Virus record (IMG/VR): IMGVR_UViG_3300048851_000089
Span: 1 to 24,218 of that record
DNA length: 24,218 bases
Strand: one strand, 5' to 3'
DNA from: a virus
Taxonomy: Duplodnaviria; Caudoviricetes
Shown here: in pieces, positions 8,434 to 14,748 of the stretch
Layout: the number at the start of each line of letters is the position of its first letter
How positions within the stretch are numbered: position 1 is the stretch's first letter
Notes under the pieces: model-generated
Database searches by the model: none
What the model saw: the letters and a program-made list of their open reading frames with translations, nothing else
Told to the model about the DNA's origin: nothing
Position numbers and translations under genes: made by a program

Positions 8434-8633
8434 TCGCCGGACTCGCCCGGCGCGCGAAGCACTACCCAGGCTGCGACGAACTCCCCCAAGGTCGCCCCAT
8501 CGGCTGGCAGCTGGCCGCGTGATCGTAGGACGCCGATCCATCGGCCCGAGACGCCGAAGAGGGCGCCGACTTGCGCGAGGGTGGGGCGGATCCGCGAAAG
8601 GTCACCTTCGGCCGCGCTCTTCTTCTTCGACAT
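8430..8633 (-). CDS. Mini-TerS: terminase small subunit DNA-binding domain only (67 aa), candidate packaging redirector
   Basis: 25/40 identical residues to the N-terminus of helper TerS (12131..12628) in a manual ungapped alignment; sits directly downstream of the satellite cos. Confidence 0.8.
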   Translation of the reverse strand: MSKKKSAAEGDLSRIRPTLAQVGALFGVSGRWIGVLRSRGQLPADGATLGEFVAAWVVLRAPGESGE

Positions 8634-8691
8634 AAGACTTCTTCCCATGCAGACTGCGAAAAAATGGCGGAAAACCGCTGAAAATCGGGAC

Positions 8692-8777
8692 AGGGAGGAA
8701 GAACCTAGGGCATTTCTGCGCCTAGCGATCTTTTGCGCCTTTGCCCCCCTCATTACACTCAAGCGGGGGAAGGACCC
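8692..8777 (-). other. Satellite cos site (cosQ/cosN-like)
   Basis: 86-bp ungapped homology to 12679-12764; minus strand GGGTCCT...GGGGGGCAAAGGCGCA..GATCGCTAGGC. Confidence 0.85.
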
Positions 8778-8838
8778 GACAGCCCGACCGATCAATGCGC
8801 CACCGCGCAACAATCGGTCGCGGCGTCGGTCCGGCCGG

Positions 8839-9084
8839 TCAGGCGCGGCCCCCGGCATGCGCGCTCCACCCCACGACGGTGGGCTCGGTCAGCGCGGCGA
8901 GCGCGGCGGGTGCGAGCGCGCGGCCGACCTCGCGTTCGATGATGATCGTTGCGGCCGTGATCAGCGCCGCCGCCTTCTCAGTCGGGTCGGTCGTGATGAA
9001 GTCGGCAAGCGCCAGCGCGGCGCGCGTGTTCGCGGCGTTGCGCTCGGCAATCTCTTGATCATCGGTCAGCTGGGCTTCGTGCAC
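8839..9084 (-). CDS. Hypothetical protein (81 aa)
   Basis: AGGAG RBS before the GTG at 9084; helical, Ala-rich. Confidence 0.65.
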   Translation of the reverse strand: MHEAQLTDDQEIAERNAANTRAALALADFITTDPTEKAAALITAATIIIEREVGRALAPAALAALTEPTVVGWSAHAGGRA

Positions 9085-9102
9085 GGTATGTTCTCCTAGT
9101 TG

Positions 9103-9223
9103 TGTCCCGCGGGACAGTTGGGGGACGTCCCGAGGGACGGACGCGAGACCGTCACGTGACGTCACGTGTGACGCTCGGTGACGATGCGTGACGCATGCGC
9201 GTGGCAGTGCTCCGGCGATGCTC
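9103..9223. repeat. Intergenic cassette of phased short repeats and palindromes (GGGAC, GTGACG and TGCTC families)
   Basis: GGGAC at 9111/9122/9134; GTGACG at 9156/9168/9178/9188; TGCTC at 9208/9219; palindromes TGTCCCGCGGGACA and GTCACGTGAC. Confidence 0.75.
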
Positions 9224-9229
9224 GCAGCA

Positions 9230-9958
9230 TCACCGGCCGGCGCCCAGCTCGGTCAGGCGCGCGATACCCTTGGGGGTCAGCAGCGCATGGTTGACCAGCT
9301 TGGCCGGCTTGTGCGGCCCGCGGTCGAGGCGGTGGACCTTGTGCTCTATCAAGCCCTGATCGATCTTCGCCTGATACCCGACCAGCCCGTCATTGCCTCG
9401 ATAGAGCCAGGCGTGTTCTTCCAGCCAGTCGAACAGGCGACCGGGCTTCACGCCCATTGCCTTCGCCGCGTGCGTGACGGCAAGCGAGCCTTGCGCCTCT
9501 GTCAGCTGTGCCAGCGCCGCCGCCTGCGGCTCAAGGGCGGCGATGCGCTGGTCTGCGGCGAGGGCGCGGCCCGTGTGATCGATCAGCAGCCTGTGGAGCA
9601 CCGCGGGGTCGCTCAGGTCGAGCGCAGGCGCGGGGCGGCCGTAGCTGCCCGTCTGCCGGATGGACGGCAGGACCTCCCGCGTTACCCATTTCGTGAACCG
9701 CTTGGCCGCGGCCTTCCGACTGCGCAGTGCCAGCTTGTAGAGCCCGCTCTCGTCGATGACGGTCGCCTCCTGACGGCCGCCAAGGGTGTCGGTAATGACG
9801 ACATCCTTCTCGTCGTCGTCGAGCCGGGTCGCGGCGTCGCGCGGGTTCGCGATGTCGAGCACGGCACAGACGTCGTTGAGCGAGAACCAATGGGCGCCGT
9901 CGCGCTGCAAGACGCGCACCGGGTGGTCGTCGAACTCGAAAGGGACGATCGCGTTCAT
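9230..9958 (-). CDS. Phage antirepressor, Bro-N plus ANT/KilAC domains (242 aa)
   Basis: WFSLNDVCAVL, IDESGLYKLALRSRKAAAKRFTKWVTREVLPSIRQTGSY, C-terminal AAKAMG..LFDWL..WLY...LTPKGIARL; GGAG RBS before the ATG at 9958. Confidence 0.92.
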   Translation of the reverse strand: MNAIVPFEFDDHPVRVLQRDGAHWFSLNDVCAVLDIANPRDAATRLDDDEKDVVITDTLGGRQEATVIDESGLYKLALRSRKAAAKRFTKWVTREVLPSIRQTGSYGRPAPALDLSDPAVLHRLLIDHTGRALAADQRIAALEPQAAALAQLTEAQGSLAVTHAAKAMGVKPGRLFDWLEEHAWLYRGNDGLVGYQAKIDQGLIEHKVHRLDRGPHKPAKLVNHALLTPKGIARLTELGAGR

Positions 9959-9991
9959 GGTCATCTCCATGCGTGTTGCCGCCGCGCCGGA

Positions 9992-10200
9992 GGGGTGCAG
10001 CGGGTGCGGGGCGCAGGGACTGCGGGGCGCAGCCGGTGCGGGGGTCGGTAGGAATTTACCGGGGCCAGGGGTGCCAGTGTGACGGGCGTCACCGTGGCGG
10101 GGTGTCAGGCTGGCGGGGGGTCCAGCAGGTTGACCGGTCAAGGGCGTGGACCGGTCCAGCGCGTTGACTGGTCCGGTGGATCGGGTGGACGTCCACCGGA
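9992..10200. repeat. Non-coding cassette of consecutive, different iteron-like tandem arrays
   Basis: 3x YGCA-N5-TGC-GGGG (9996-10044); 3x YGYCA-N3-TGRC-GGG (10072-10120); 3x GGTCMA-N5-TKGACY (10119-10169); TCCGGTGGA/TCCACCGGA-type repeats (10172-10200). Confidence 0.85.
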
Positions 10201-10227
10201 CTATTTTGGAGGGAGCCAAATAATTCA

Positions 10228-10362
10228 CGGGTCCGATTTTCGTACCGCACGGGCCCGATTTTCGAGCCAACCCGCTATGCGTCGGGCCCGATTTTCGAGC
10301 CCGTCTCCTCGTATGGGTGTCAGGCGGGTCGGGCCCGATTACCGGGCCACATATATATCTAC
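10228..10362. repeat. Putative satellite replication origin: four 19-bp iterons plus an AT-rich tract
   Basis: CGGGYCCGATTTTCGWRCC-like copies at 10228, 10250, 10283 and a more diverged one at 10330, then ACATATATATCTAC; adjacent to the rep-like gene. Confidence 0.75.
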
Positions 10363-10377
10363 CAAGGGATACCCGTT

Positions 10378-10755
10378 CTAAGCTGGTCGCCAGTCCCGGT
10401 ACTCGTGCGTTGCCGCCGCCCGCTCTGTCGGGTGAAACGTCAGGCGCCAGCTGGTCGCGAGCTTCACCTTGACCGTGAAGGCGCCGCGCTGTGTTGCGGC
10501 GATGAACCCGTGCGCCTCCAATTCATCGAAGGCGGCGGCGGCAGCCCCCCGGCGGACCCCAATCGCATCCGCGGCGGCGCGCTCGGCAAGGAACAGGTCG
10601 CCGTTATTCGTGCCGTTGTGCAGGCGGGCGAGGTAGAGCAGCAGCTTCGCCGCGGTGCCGCCCAGGTCGATCCATGCCGGACTATCGAGGATCCGGTGAT
10701 CGAACATCACGAACGGCGGGCAGCGGCTGCGGCCTTTCCGAGTGACGTTCGCCAT
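10378..10755 (-). CDS. Winged-helix protein, putative satellite replication initiator (125 aa)
   Basis: ILDSPAWIDL...LLLYLARLHNGTNNGDL...AFDELEAHGFI; located between Xis and the iterons. Confidence 0.7.
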   Translation of the reverse strand: MANVTRKGRSRCPPFVMFDHRILDSPAWIDLGGTAAKLLLYLARLHNGTNNGDLFLAERAAADAIGVRRGAAAAAFDELEAHGFIAATQRGAFTVKVKLATSWRLTFHPTERAAATHEYRDWRPA

Positions 10756-10757
10756 GG

Positions 10758-10970
10758 CTATTCGACGCGCGCCGCGGCGGCTTCCTGTGCGCGGAAGTGC
10801 TTCGCCAGCGACGATCGCAGCGCGCACACGGTAGCGCCTACCTTGAACGTCGGCAGGTCGCCCTTGTCATGCAAATGATAGACCTGCTTCCGGCTCAACT
10901 GAAGGTGAGCTGCGATGGCAGCGACCCCATAGAGCAGGTCGGCCGGGTTGGCGTTCGTTGCGTCACTCAT
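10758..10970 (-). CDS. Excisionase/AlpA-like HTH protein (70 aa)
   Basis: LLYGVAAIAAHLQLSRKQVYHLHDKGDLPTFKVG; first gene inside the right att. Confidence 0.8.
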   Translation of the reverse strand: MSDATNANPADLLYGVAAIAAHLQLSRKQVYHLHDKGDLPTFKVGATVCALRSSLAKHFRAQEAAAARVE

Positions 10971-10988
10971 GCGTCAGTCCTTGCGTCA
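10959..10988 (+). promoter_or_regulatory. Putative integrase arm-type sites, TGCGTCA x3
   Basis: TGCGTCA at 10959, 10970 and 10982; same motif as 191/202. Confidence 0.65.
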
Positions 10989-12168
10989 CCGAGCCGCCGG
11001 GACGATCCCAGAAACGGCGGATTTCTGCGGTTCTAGTGGGGAGCGCCGGGGAAAGGCGCCGGCGAGAAAAAGGGCGCCGGAGCGCCCAGTTTTTGGCAGT
11101 TTTCTGGGGGTTTGAACCGCCTTCGCGTTCATTCACCTTAACCCGTAGAAGGTTCGGATCCTTGCGGACCTCCATGAACTCGCGCGCGATCTCCAGCCAC
11201 GCGGCGCCCGGGTGCTGGCTGTACGCCGCCCAGATGTGGAACGAGCGATGCCTGGGGAACGCGATCGGGTTGTGTGCGCGCCACTCGCCGTTCTCGTCCA
11301 TCCACGGCTTTTCAGCCTCATCGATCTCGCATCCGTTTTCGCACTGATACCAGGCGCGGGTCGGATGCTCCTTCGGCGCCCAGCGGATGCCGGCGCCGGT
11401 GCCGTCGCCGAACACCAGCGTCTGGGACAAGCCGCAATGCGGGCAGGGGACGTAACGGAATTCCTGGCTGCCCTGTTCGAACAGGGCGTCGATCCGACTG
11501 AAGCCTTTCACCTTCGGGGTCGAACCCGCAGCGCTGAAGCGCCGCGGCGATGTCAGGTTGCGCTTGAACGCGAGGCGGGCGGGATCGCCTTCCTCCTTCG
11601 TCGCCCAGGGGTAGCCGTCGCATTCCTCAAGGAACACGTCGTCCGCAGTGACGCGGCGAAACTCCTTCGGACTGTTCGCGCCCTTGATCTGGATCCAGCC
11701 GCCCTTGTAGCGTTTGGCCCTGATCTGGTTGTCGGCGTGCCGCGGCTTGAACGTCGCGACCGACCGGACGACCGGCCACTGCAGCACCGGGTCGAGATCG
11801 TCGCGGCTGAACTTCTCCGCATCGTCGATCGTCGGCTGGTAGATCAGCGTTCGCGCAGGGTCGAACTTGATGCGCCAGGCGACGAAGCACTGCAGGATCG
11901 TAGAGTAGCCAATGCGGCTGCTCTTCCTGACCGAAAGCTGAGACGTCTCCGGATCGGTGAACGCGTCGGCGATGTCGGCCTGAAACGGGAATGGGCGGAT
12001 GCGCGCGCCGTCATCCGACCTCGCATGCTCGACCATGAACTTCGAAAGGGGCGGCCGCTCGCGCGGCCGGCACGCGGCAAGCCAGCCTGCGGCAAGCGTT
12101 ACACCGTGCGCCCCGGGGGCGCGGTACGGCTCAGGCGCCGCCTTCGTCTTCGGGCTCGCCCTCATCAA
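10963..12168 (-). CDS. terL: Terminase large subunit (lambda GpA family), 5' part interrupted at 11143; last 59 codons are satellite-derived
   Basis: Walker A VRKSSRIGYS, Walker B VFLEECD, GSTP, YVPCPHCG, SFHIWAAYS; overlaps the terS stop. Start at 12168 or 12165. Confidence 0.93.
   Translation of the reverse strand: MMRASPKTKAAPEPYRAPGAHGVTLAAGWLAACRPRERPPLSKFMVEHARSDDGARIRPFPFQADIADAFTDPETSQLSVRKSSRIGYSTILQCFVAWRIKFDPARTLIYQPTIDDAEKFSRDDLDPVLQWPVVRSVATFKPRHADNQIRAKRYKGGWIQIKGANSPKEFRRVTADDVFLEECDGYPWATKEEGDPARLAFKRNLTSPRRFSAAGSTPKVKGFSRIDALFEQGSQEFRYVPCPHCGLSQTLVFGDGTGAGIRWAPKEHPTRAWYQCENGCEIDEAEKPWMDENGEWRAHNPIAFPRHRSFHIWAAYSQHPGAAWLEIAREFMEVRKDPNLLRVKVNEREGGSNPQKTAKNWALRRPFSRRRLSPALPTRTAEIRRFWDRPGGSVTQGLTHE
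11143..11157. repeat. Satellite att core, right copy
   Basis: Identical to 143-157, exactly 11,000 bp away. Confidence 0.95.
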
Positions 12169-12628
12169 AGCCCCCGCCGCGCGCCTCTTCGATCCGGGCC
12201 ATGCTCAAGTCCGTGAGGACGTTGTTGATCTCGGCGTCGACCCGCGCGCGCAGCTTCGTGTCACCTTTGGCAACCCGAGCACCGACCTGTTGCAGCTGGG
12301 CGACGATCATGACGATCACGCCGGCGCCGGCGGCGACCATGTCAGGAAGCGAAGCCAGTTCCTTGCGACGCTCGGCGTTGTCCATCGCCTTCGCATCGGC
12401 CTGCTCTTTGGCAAGCCGCGCCTGCTGCTGTTCCTTGTCGAGCGAATCCGGATCAACGTCGTCGACGCCGTACTTCGTCTGCGCCCATGCTTCGATGTTC
12501 TCGAGCAGCGATGCGCCGTCCGTCGGCAGGGCGCCCTTCGATCGGAGTTCGCCGATCCATCGGCTTGAGCAGCCGAACAGCGCGGCGAGCTGGGGCCGGG
12601 TCGGCTCATCGAGGTCGATTTGCGCCAC
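12131..12628 (-). CDS. terS: Terminase small subunit (Nu1-like, 165 aa)
   Basis: N-terminal wHTH and the coiled coil QQQARLAKEQADAKAMDNAERRKEL; lies between cos and terL. Confidence 0.9.
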   Translation of the reverse strand: MAQIDLDEPTRPQLAALFGCSSRWIGELRSKGALPTDGASLLENIEAWAQTKYGVDDVDPDSLDKEQQQARLAKEQADAKAMDNAERRKELASLPDMVAAGAGVIVMIVAQLQQVGARVAKGDTKLRARVDAEINNVLTDLSMARIEEARGGGFDEGEPEDEGGA

Positions 12629-12678
12629 TTCCCTGCTCCATCTCGCGAAAGCCGCAGAAAACCGCCGGAAATGGCACG

Positions 12679-12764
12679 AGGGAGGAAGAACTATAGTGCA
12701 TCTCGTGCCTAGCGATCTTCTGCGCCTTTGCCCCCCGTATTACCTTGGATGCCGGGAAGGACCC
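12679..12764 (-). other. Helper cos site (cosQ-cosN)
   Basis: Minus strand GGGTCCT-TCCCGGCATCCAAGGT-AATACG-GGGGGCAAAGG-CGCAGAAGATCGCTA parallels lambda GGGTCCT(cosQ)...TTACG-GGGCGGCGACCT-CGCGGGTTTTCGCTA; upstream of terS. Confidence 0.85.
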
Positions 12765-12823
12765 AAGAGCAGGGGTGCCAACCCTGTTCGCGACCGCTAG
12801 GCTGGACCGGAGGAGACATTGCG

Positions 12824-13006
12824 ATGTACGTCATGAACAGAGATGCGCTCGACAAAGTCGAAGACGTGCGCCGCGGGCTTCATGTGGCAATGACCGCGCT
12901 GATCACGAGCAGGGATTATGCCGAAGCGGAATATATCATGAAGCAGATGGACGACCGTCTAGGCGTGCTCATCGCCCAGACACAGGTCGTAGCTCACCGC
13001 TCATAG
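12824..13006 (+). CDS. Small moron-like hypothetical protein (60 aa)
   Basis: GGAGGAG RBS; opposite strand to the flanking phage genes. Confidence 0.6.
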   Translation: MYVMNRDALDKVEDVRRGLHVAMTALITSRDYAEAEYIMKQMDDRLGVLIAQTQVVAHRS

Positions 13007-13084
13007 CTTCGCACTTCCCACCCTCGCGTTCACTGCGGAGGTTGGGGGCAACGGGGAGGACACCTCTGCGCTCGTTGCGGCTGC

Positions 13085-13627
13085 TTAAGCAGCGTCTGCT
13101 TGCTCCTGTACCGCATCTGTTTCGAGTAGCCAAGCCCCGATCTTCAGGTTGATGCCGGCGAACGCGACCAGCACGAACTTGCCATCGCCGCCTTGTAGGA
13201 CCTCGCCGAACAGGCCAGCGGCCGCGCCCTCCATGACCCGGACGCGTTCACCGACGGCGAAAGCCTGCCGCTGCCCCATCTTGGCCGCACGCTTGCCGCG
13301 CTCTTCGATGCGCCTGGCCCCGGCGACCTCGACATCACTGATCAACGGGATGCTCCCGAGGTGGCGGAAGATCGAGAAGCCAGGGTGGTCGCTGAAGGGG
13401 AGGGCTGCCAGCCTCAGCAGGTCATCACGGTGGCACGCGCGGGCGAACACGAACGTCGGCATGATGGGCGCCGCGTACTCTACCCGCTCGCGCGTCCGGC
13501 CGCGGCGGCGCGTCAGCGTCTGCACCGGGCTCCATACGTCGAAGCCGGCCGCCTCAAGAGAGGCAACCAGCGGCAGCGTGCGCGACGCGCCGGTCCTAAG
13601 GATGCACCAGTCCGATCCCCTACCCAT
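13085..13627 (-). CDS. NusG-family (NGN+KOW) phage late antiterminator (180 aa)
   Basis: WCILRT..., PIMPTFVFA, KOW motif FAVGERVRVMEGAAAGLFGEV; occupies the Q position upstream of cos. Confidence 0.85.
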   Translation of the reverse strand: MGRGSDWCILRTGASRTLPLVASLEAAGFDVWSPVQTLTRRRGRTRERVEYAAPIMPTFVFARACHRDDLLRLAALPFSDHPGFSIFRHLGSIPLISDVEVAGARRIEERGKRAAKMGQRQAFAVGERVRVMEGAAAGLFGEVLQGGDGKFVLVAFAGINLKIGAWLLETDAVQEQADAA

Positions 13628-14057
13628 GTTGCGTCCACCTTCTCTCGTGCCATGCCCGTGACTGAATCTGATCGCCGAACCGCCAGAACCGCGTGTCACG
13701 CTCGTGCTGACCGGCGCGGACCAGCGTCCAGCACTCGCGCTGCGGCAGTTCGACGATTCGGTGGATGTGCGTCGCGTCGACGCGGTACGTCTCGCCCGGC
13801 AGCCGGTGCGCAAGCGTCCCGCGCCAGCCTTCCTCGCCGATCGTGAACACCTCCTCGACATAACCGCCCGCCAGGACAGTCGTCTCGAACCTCCACGGAT
13901 GATCGTGCGGATCGACGTGCGGCTCCTCGCGCGTGAATCGGTGGAGCGCCCTGCCGTCGCTCAGGTGATATTTGATGAACGCGGGCGACATCCGCTCAGC
14001 ACGGATGATCTCAGTGCCGACCGGGACGTGCTCGCGTGCAGCCTTCGGTATTCTCAT
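13620..14057 (-). CDS. Cupin-like phage protein (HDHPW family, 145 aa)
   Basis: PHDHPWRFETTVLAGGYVE...HRIV...CWTL. Confidence 0.75.
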   Translation of the reverse strand: MRIPKAAREHVPVGTEIIRAERMSPAFIKYHLSDGRALHRFTREEPHVDPHDHPWRFETTVLAGGYVEEVFTIGEEGWRGTLAHRLPGETYRVDATHIHRIVELPQRECWTLVRAGQHERDTRFWRFGDQIQSRAWHERRWTQHG

Positions 14058-14083
14058 GCTCGCCTCGTCATGTGGATAAGTTG

Positions 14084-14098
14084 GAACATAGTCGGAAC
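14084..14098. promoter_or_regulatory. Alphaproteobacterial LexA box
   Basis: GAAC-ATAGTCG-GAAC, intergenic, upstream of the cupin and nusG genes. Confidence 0.65.
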
Positions 14099-14115
14099 AC
14101 CGACCGATTGGTATC

Positions 14116-14748
14116 TCATGCCGCCTTGGCCTGATCGGTCTCCGGCTCGCCCGGGTCGATGGCGAACAGGCGGATATAGTCGGCGCGCGTCGGCTTCCGG
14201 CTCGGCGCGCTGCTGGCGCCTTCCACCTTGGTGGGCCGCGCGGGCTCGCCAGCTGGTCGTTGGTCGGAATAGCGACCAACCTTGAACTGCTTGCAGATGG
14301 CGTCGAGCTCGGCTGGGGTCGCATACTCCTGACCTGGCGCCGGGAGGGCGGGGGCTGCCGCCTCCGCGGGCGGCCGTGCCAGCCGCTTGCGGCGCTCCCA
14401 AGCATCGCCCACTTCAGCCATGATGGCGGGCACGATCTTCGCGGGATGATCAGCTTTCAGCATCGCGGCCGCGGCGCCGCGCTGAAGGAGTCCGATCGGC
14501 ATGGCGTCCAGGGCGAGGCGAGCGGCCTCGAACCAAGTATCTTGGCTGTCCTCATCCATACCAACCGGCGCCACCAGTTGGAGGCAGGGCAGCAGGGTCG
14601 CGATGAACTGATCATCCGACGCTGGCTTCAGATCCCGATAATCCGCGGCGAGCCCTAAAGCGCTCGGCAGCATCGACGGTTCGACCTTGGCCACTCCGCG
14701 ACTGCCGGTTTCCGCCCAAACGTCCAGTTCCTGATCCTGATTGCCCAT
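14116..14748 (-). CDS. Replication-region protein, possible helicase loader (lambda P position)
   Basis: Follows and overlaps rep; helical core WFEAARLAL..LLQRG...HPAKIVPAI. Function inferred from position only. Confidence 0.6.
   Translation of the reverse strand: MGNQDQELDVWAETGSRGVAKVEPSMLPSALGLAADYRDLKPASDDQFIATLLPCLQLVAPVGMDEDSQDTWFEAARLALDAMPIGLLQRGAAAAMLKADHPAKIVPAIMAEVGDAWERRKRLARPPAEAAAPALPAPGQEYATPAELDAICKQFKVGRYSDQRPAGEPARPTKVEGASSAPSRKPTRADYIRLFAIDPGEPETDQAKAA

Larger units (their letters stand above)
143..11157 (-). mobile_element. Phage satellite integrated inside helper terL (helper-embedded satellite, PICI-like), 11,000 bp
   Basis: 15-bp direct repeat at both ends, integrase at one end and Xis at the other, and terL is restored in frame on removal. 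Confidence 0.93.

Noticed and set aside
8430-8777. cos plus mini-terS as a simple decayed duplication of the helper
   Set aside because: Conservation is block-like, the ORF has an intact start and is coupled to the next gene; this fits selection better, though decay is not formally excluded.
6285-8777. Classification as a canonical capsid-forming PICI
   Set aside because: No portal, large terminase, HNH or head-tail connector genes were recognised in the element.
8785-8820. Hairpin CGACCGAT..TGCGC-CACC-GCGCA..ATCGGTCG next to cosQ as a terminator
   Set aside because: No U-tract on either strand and no counterpart beside the helper cos; function unsupported.
9959-10270. 104-aa N-terminal extension of the Bro-N ORF
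   Set aside because: Low-complexity Pro/Gly translation of the repeat cassette; a good GGAG RBS precedes the ATG at 9958, where the Bro-N domain starts.
9992-10350. Repeat arrays as a CRISPR array
   Set aside because: Units are 15-19 bp, tandem, change consensus every few copies and have no 25-45 bp unique spacers; no cas genes are present.
11138-11146. TTAACCCGT shared with 23737-23745 as a common att
   Set aside because: Only 9 bp, the two integrases are dissimilar, and it does not define a sensible excision unit.
143-11157. Exactly 11,000-bp spacing as a sign of an artificial insert or misassembly
   Set aside because: The junctions carry a natural att core, arm-like repeats, a terminal int and xis, and diverged (not identical) cos and terS homology; the round number is treated as coincidence.
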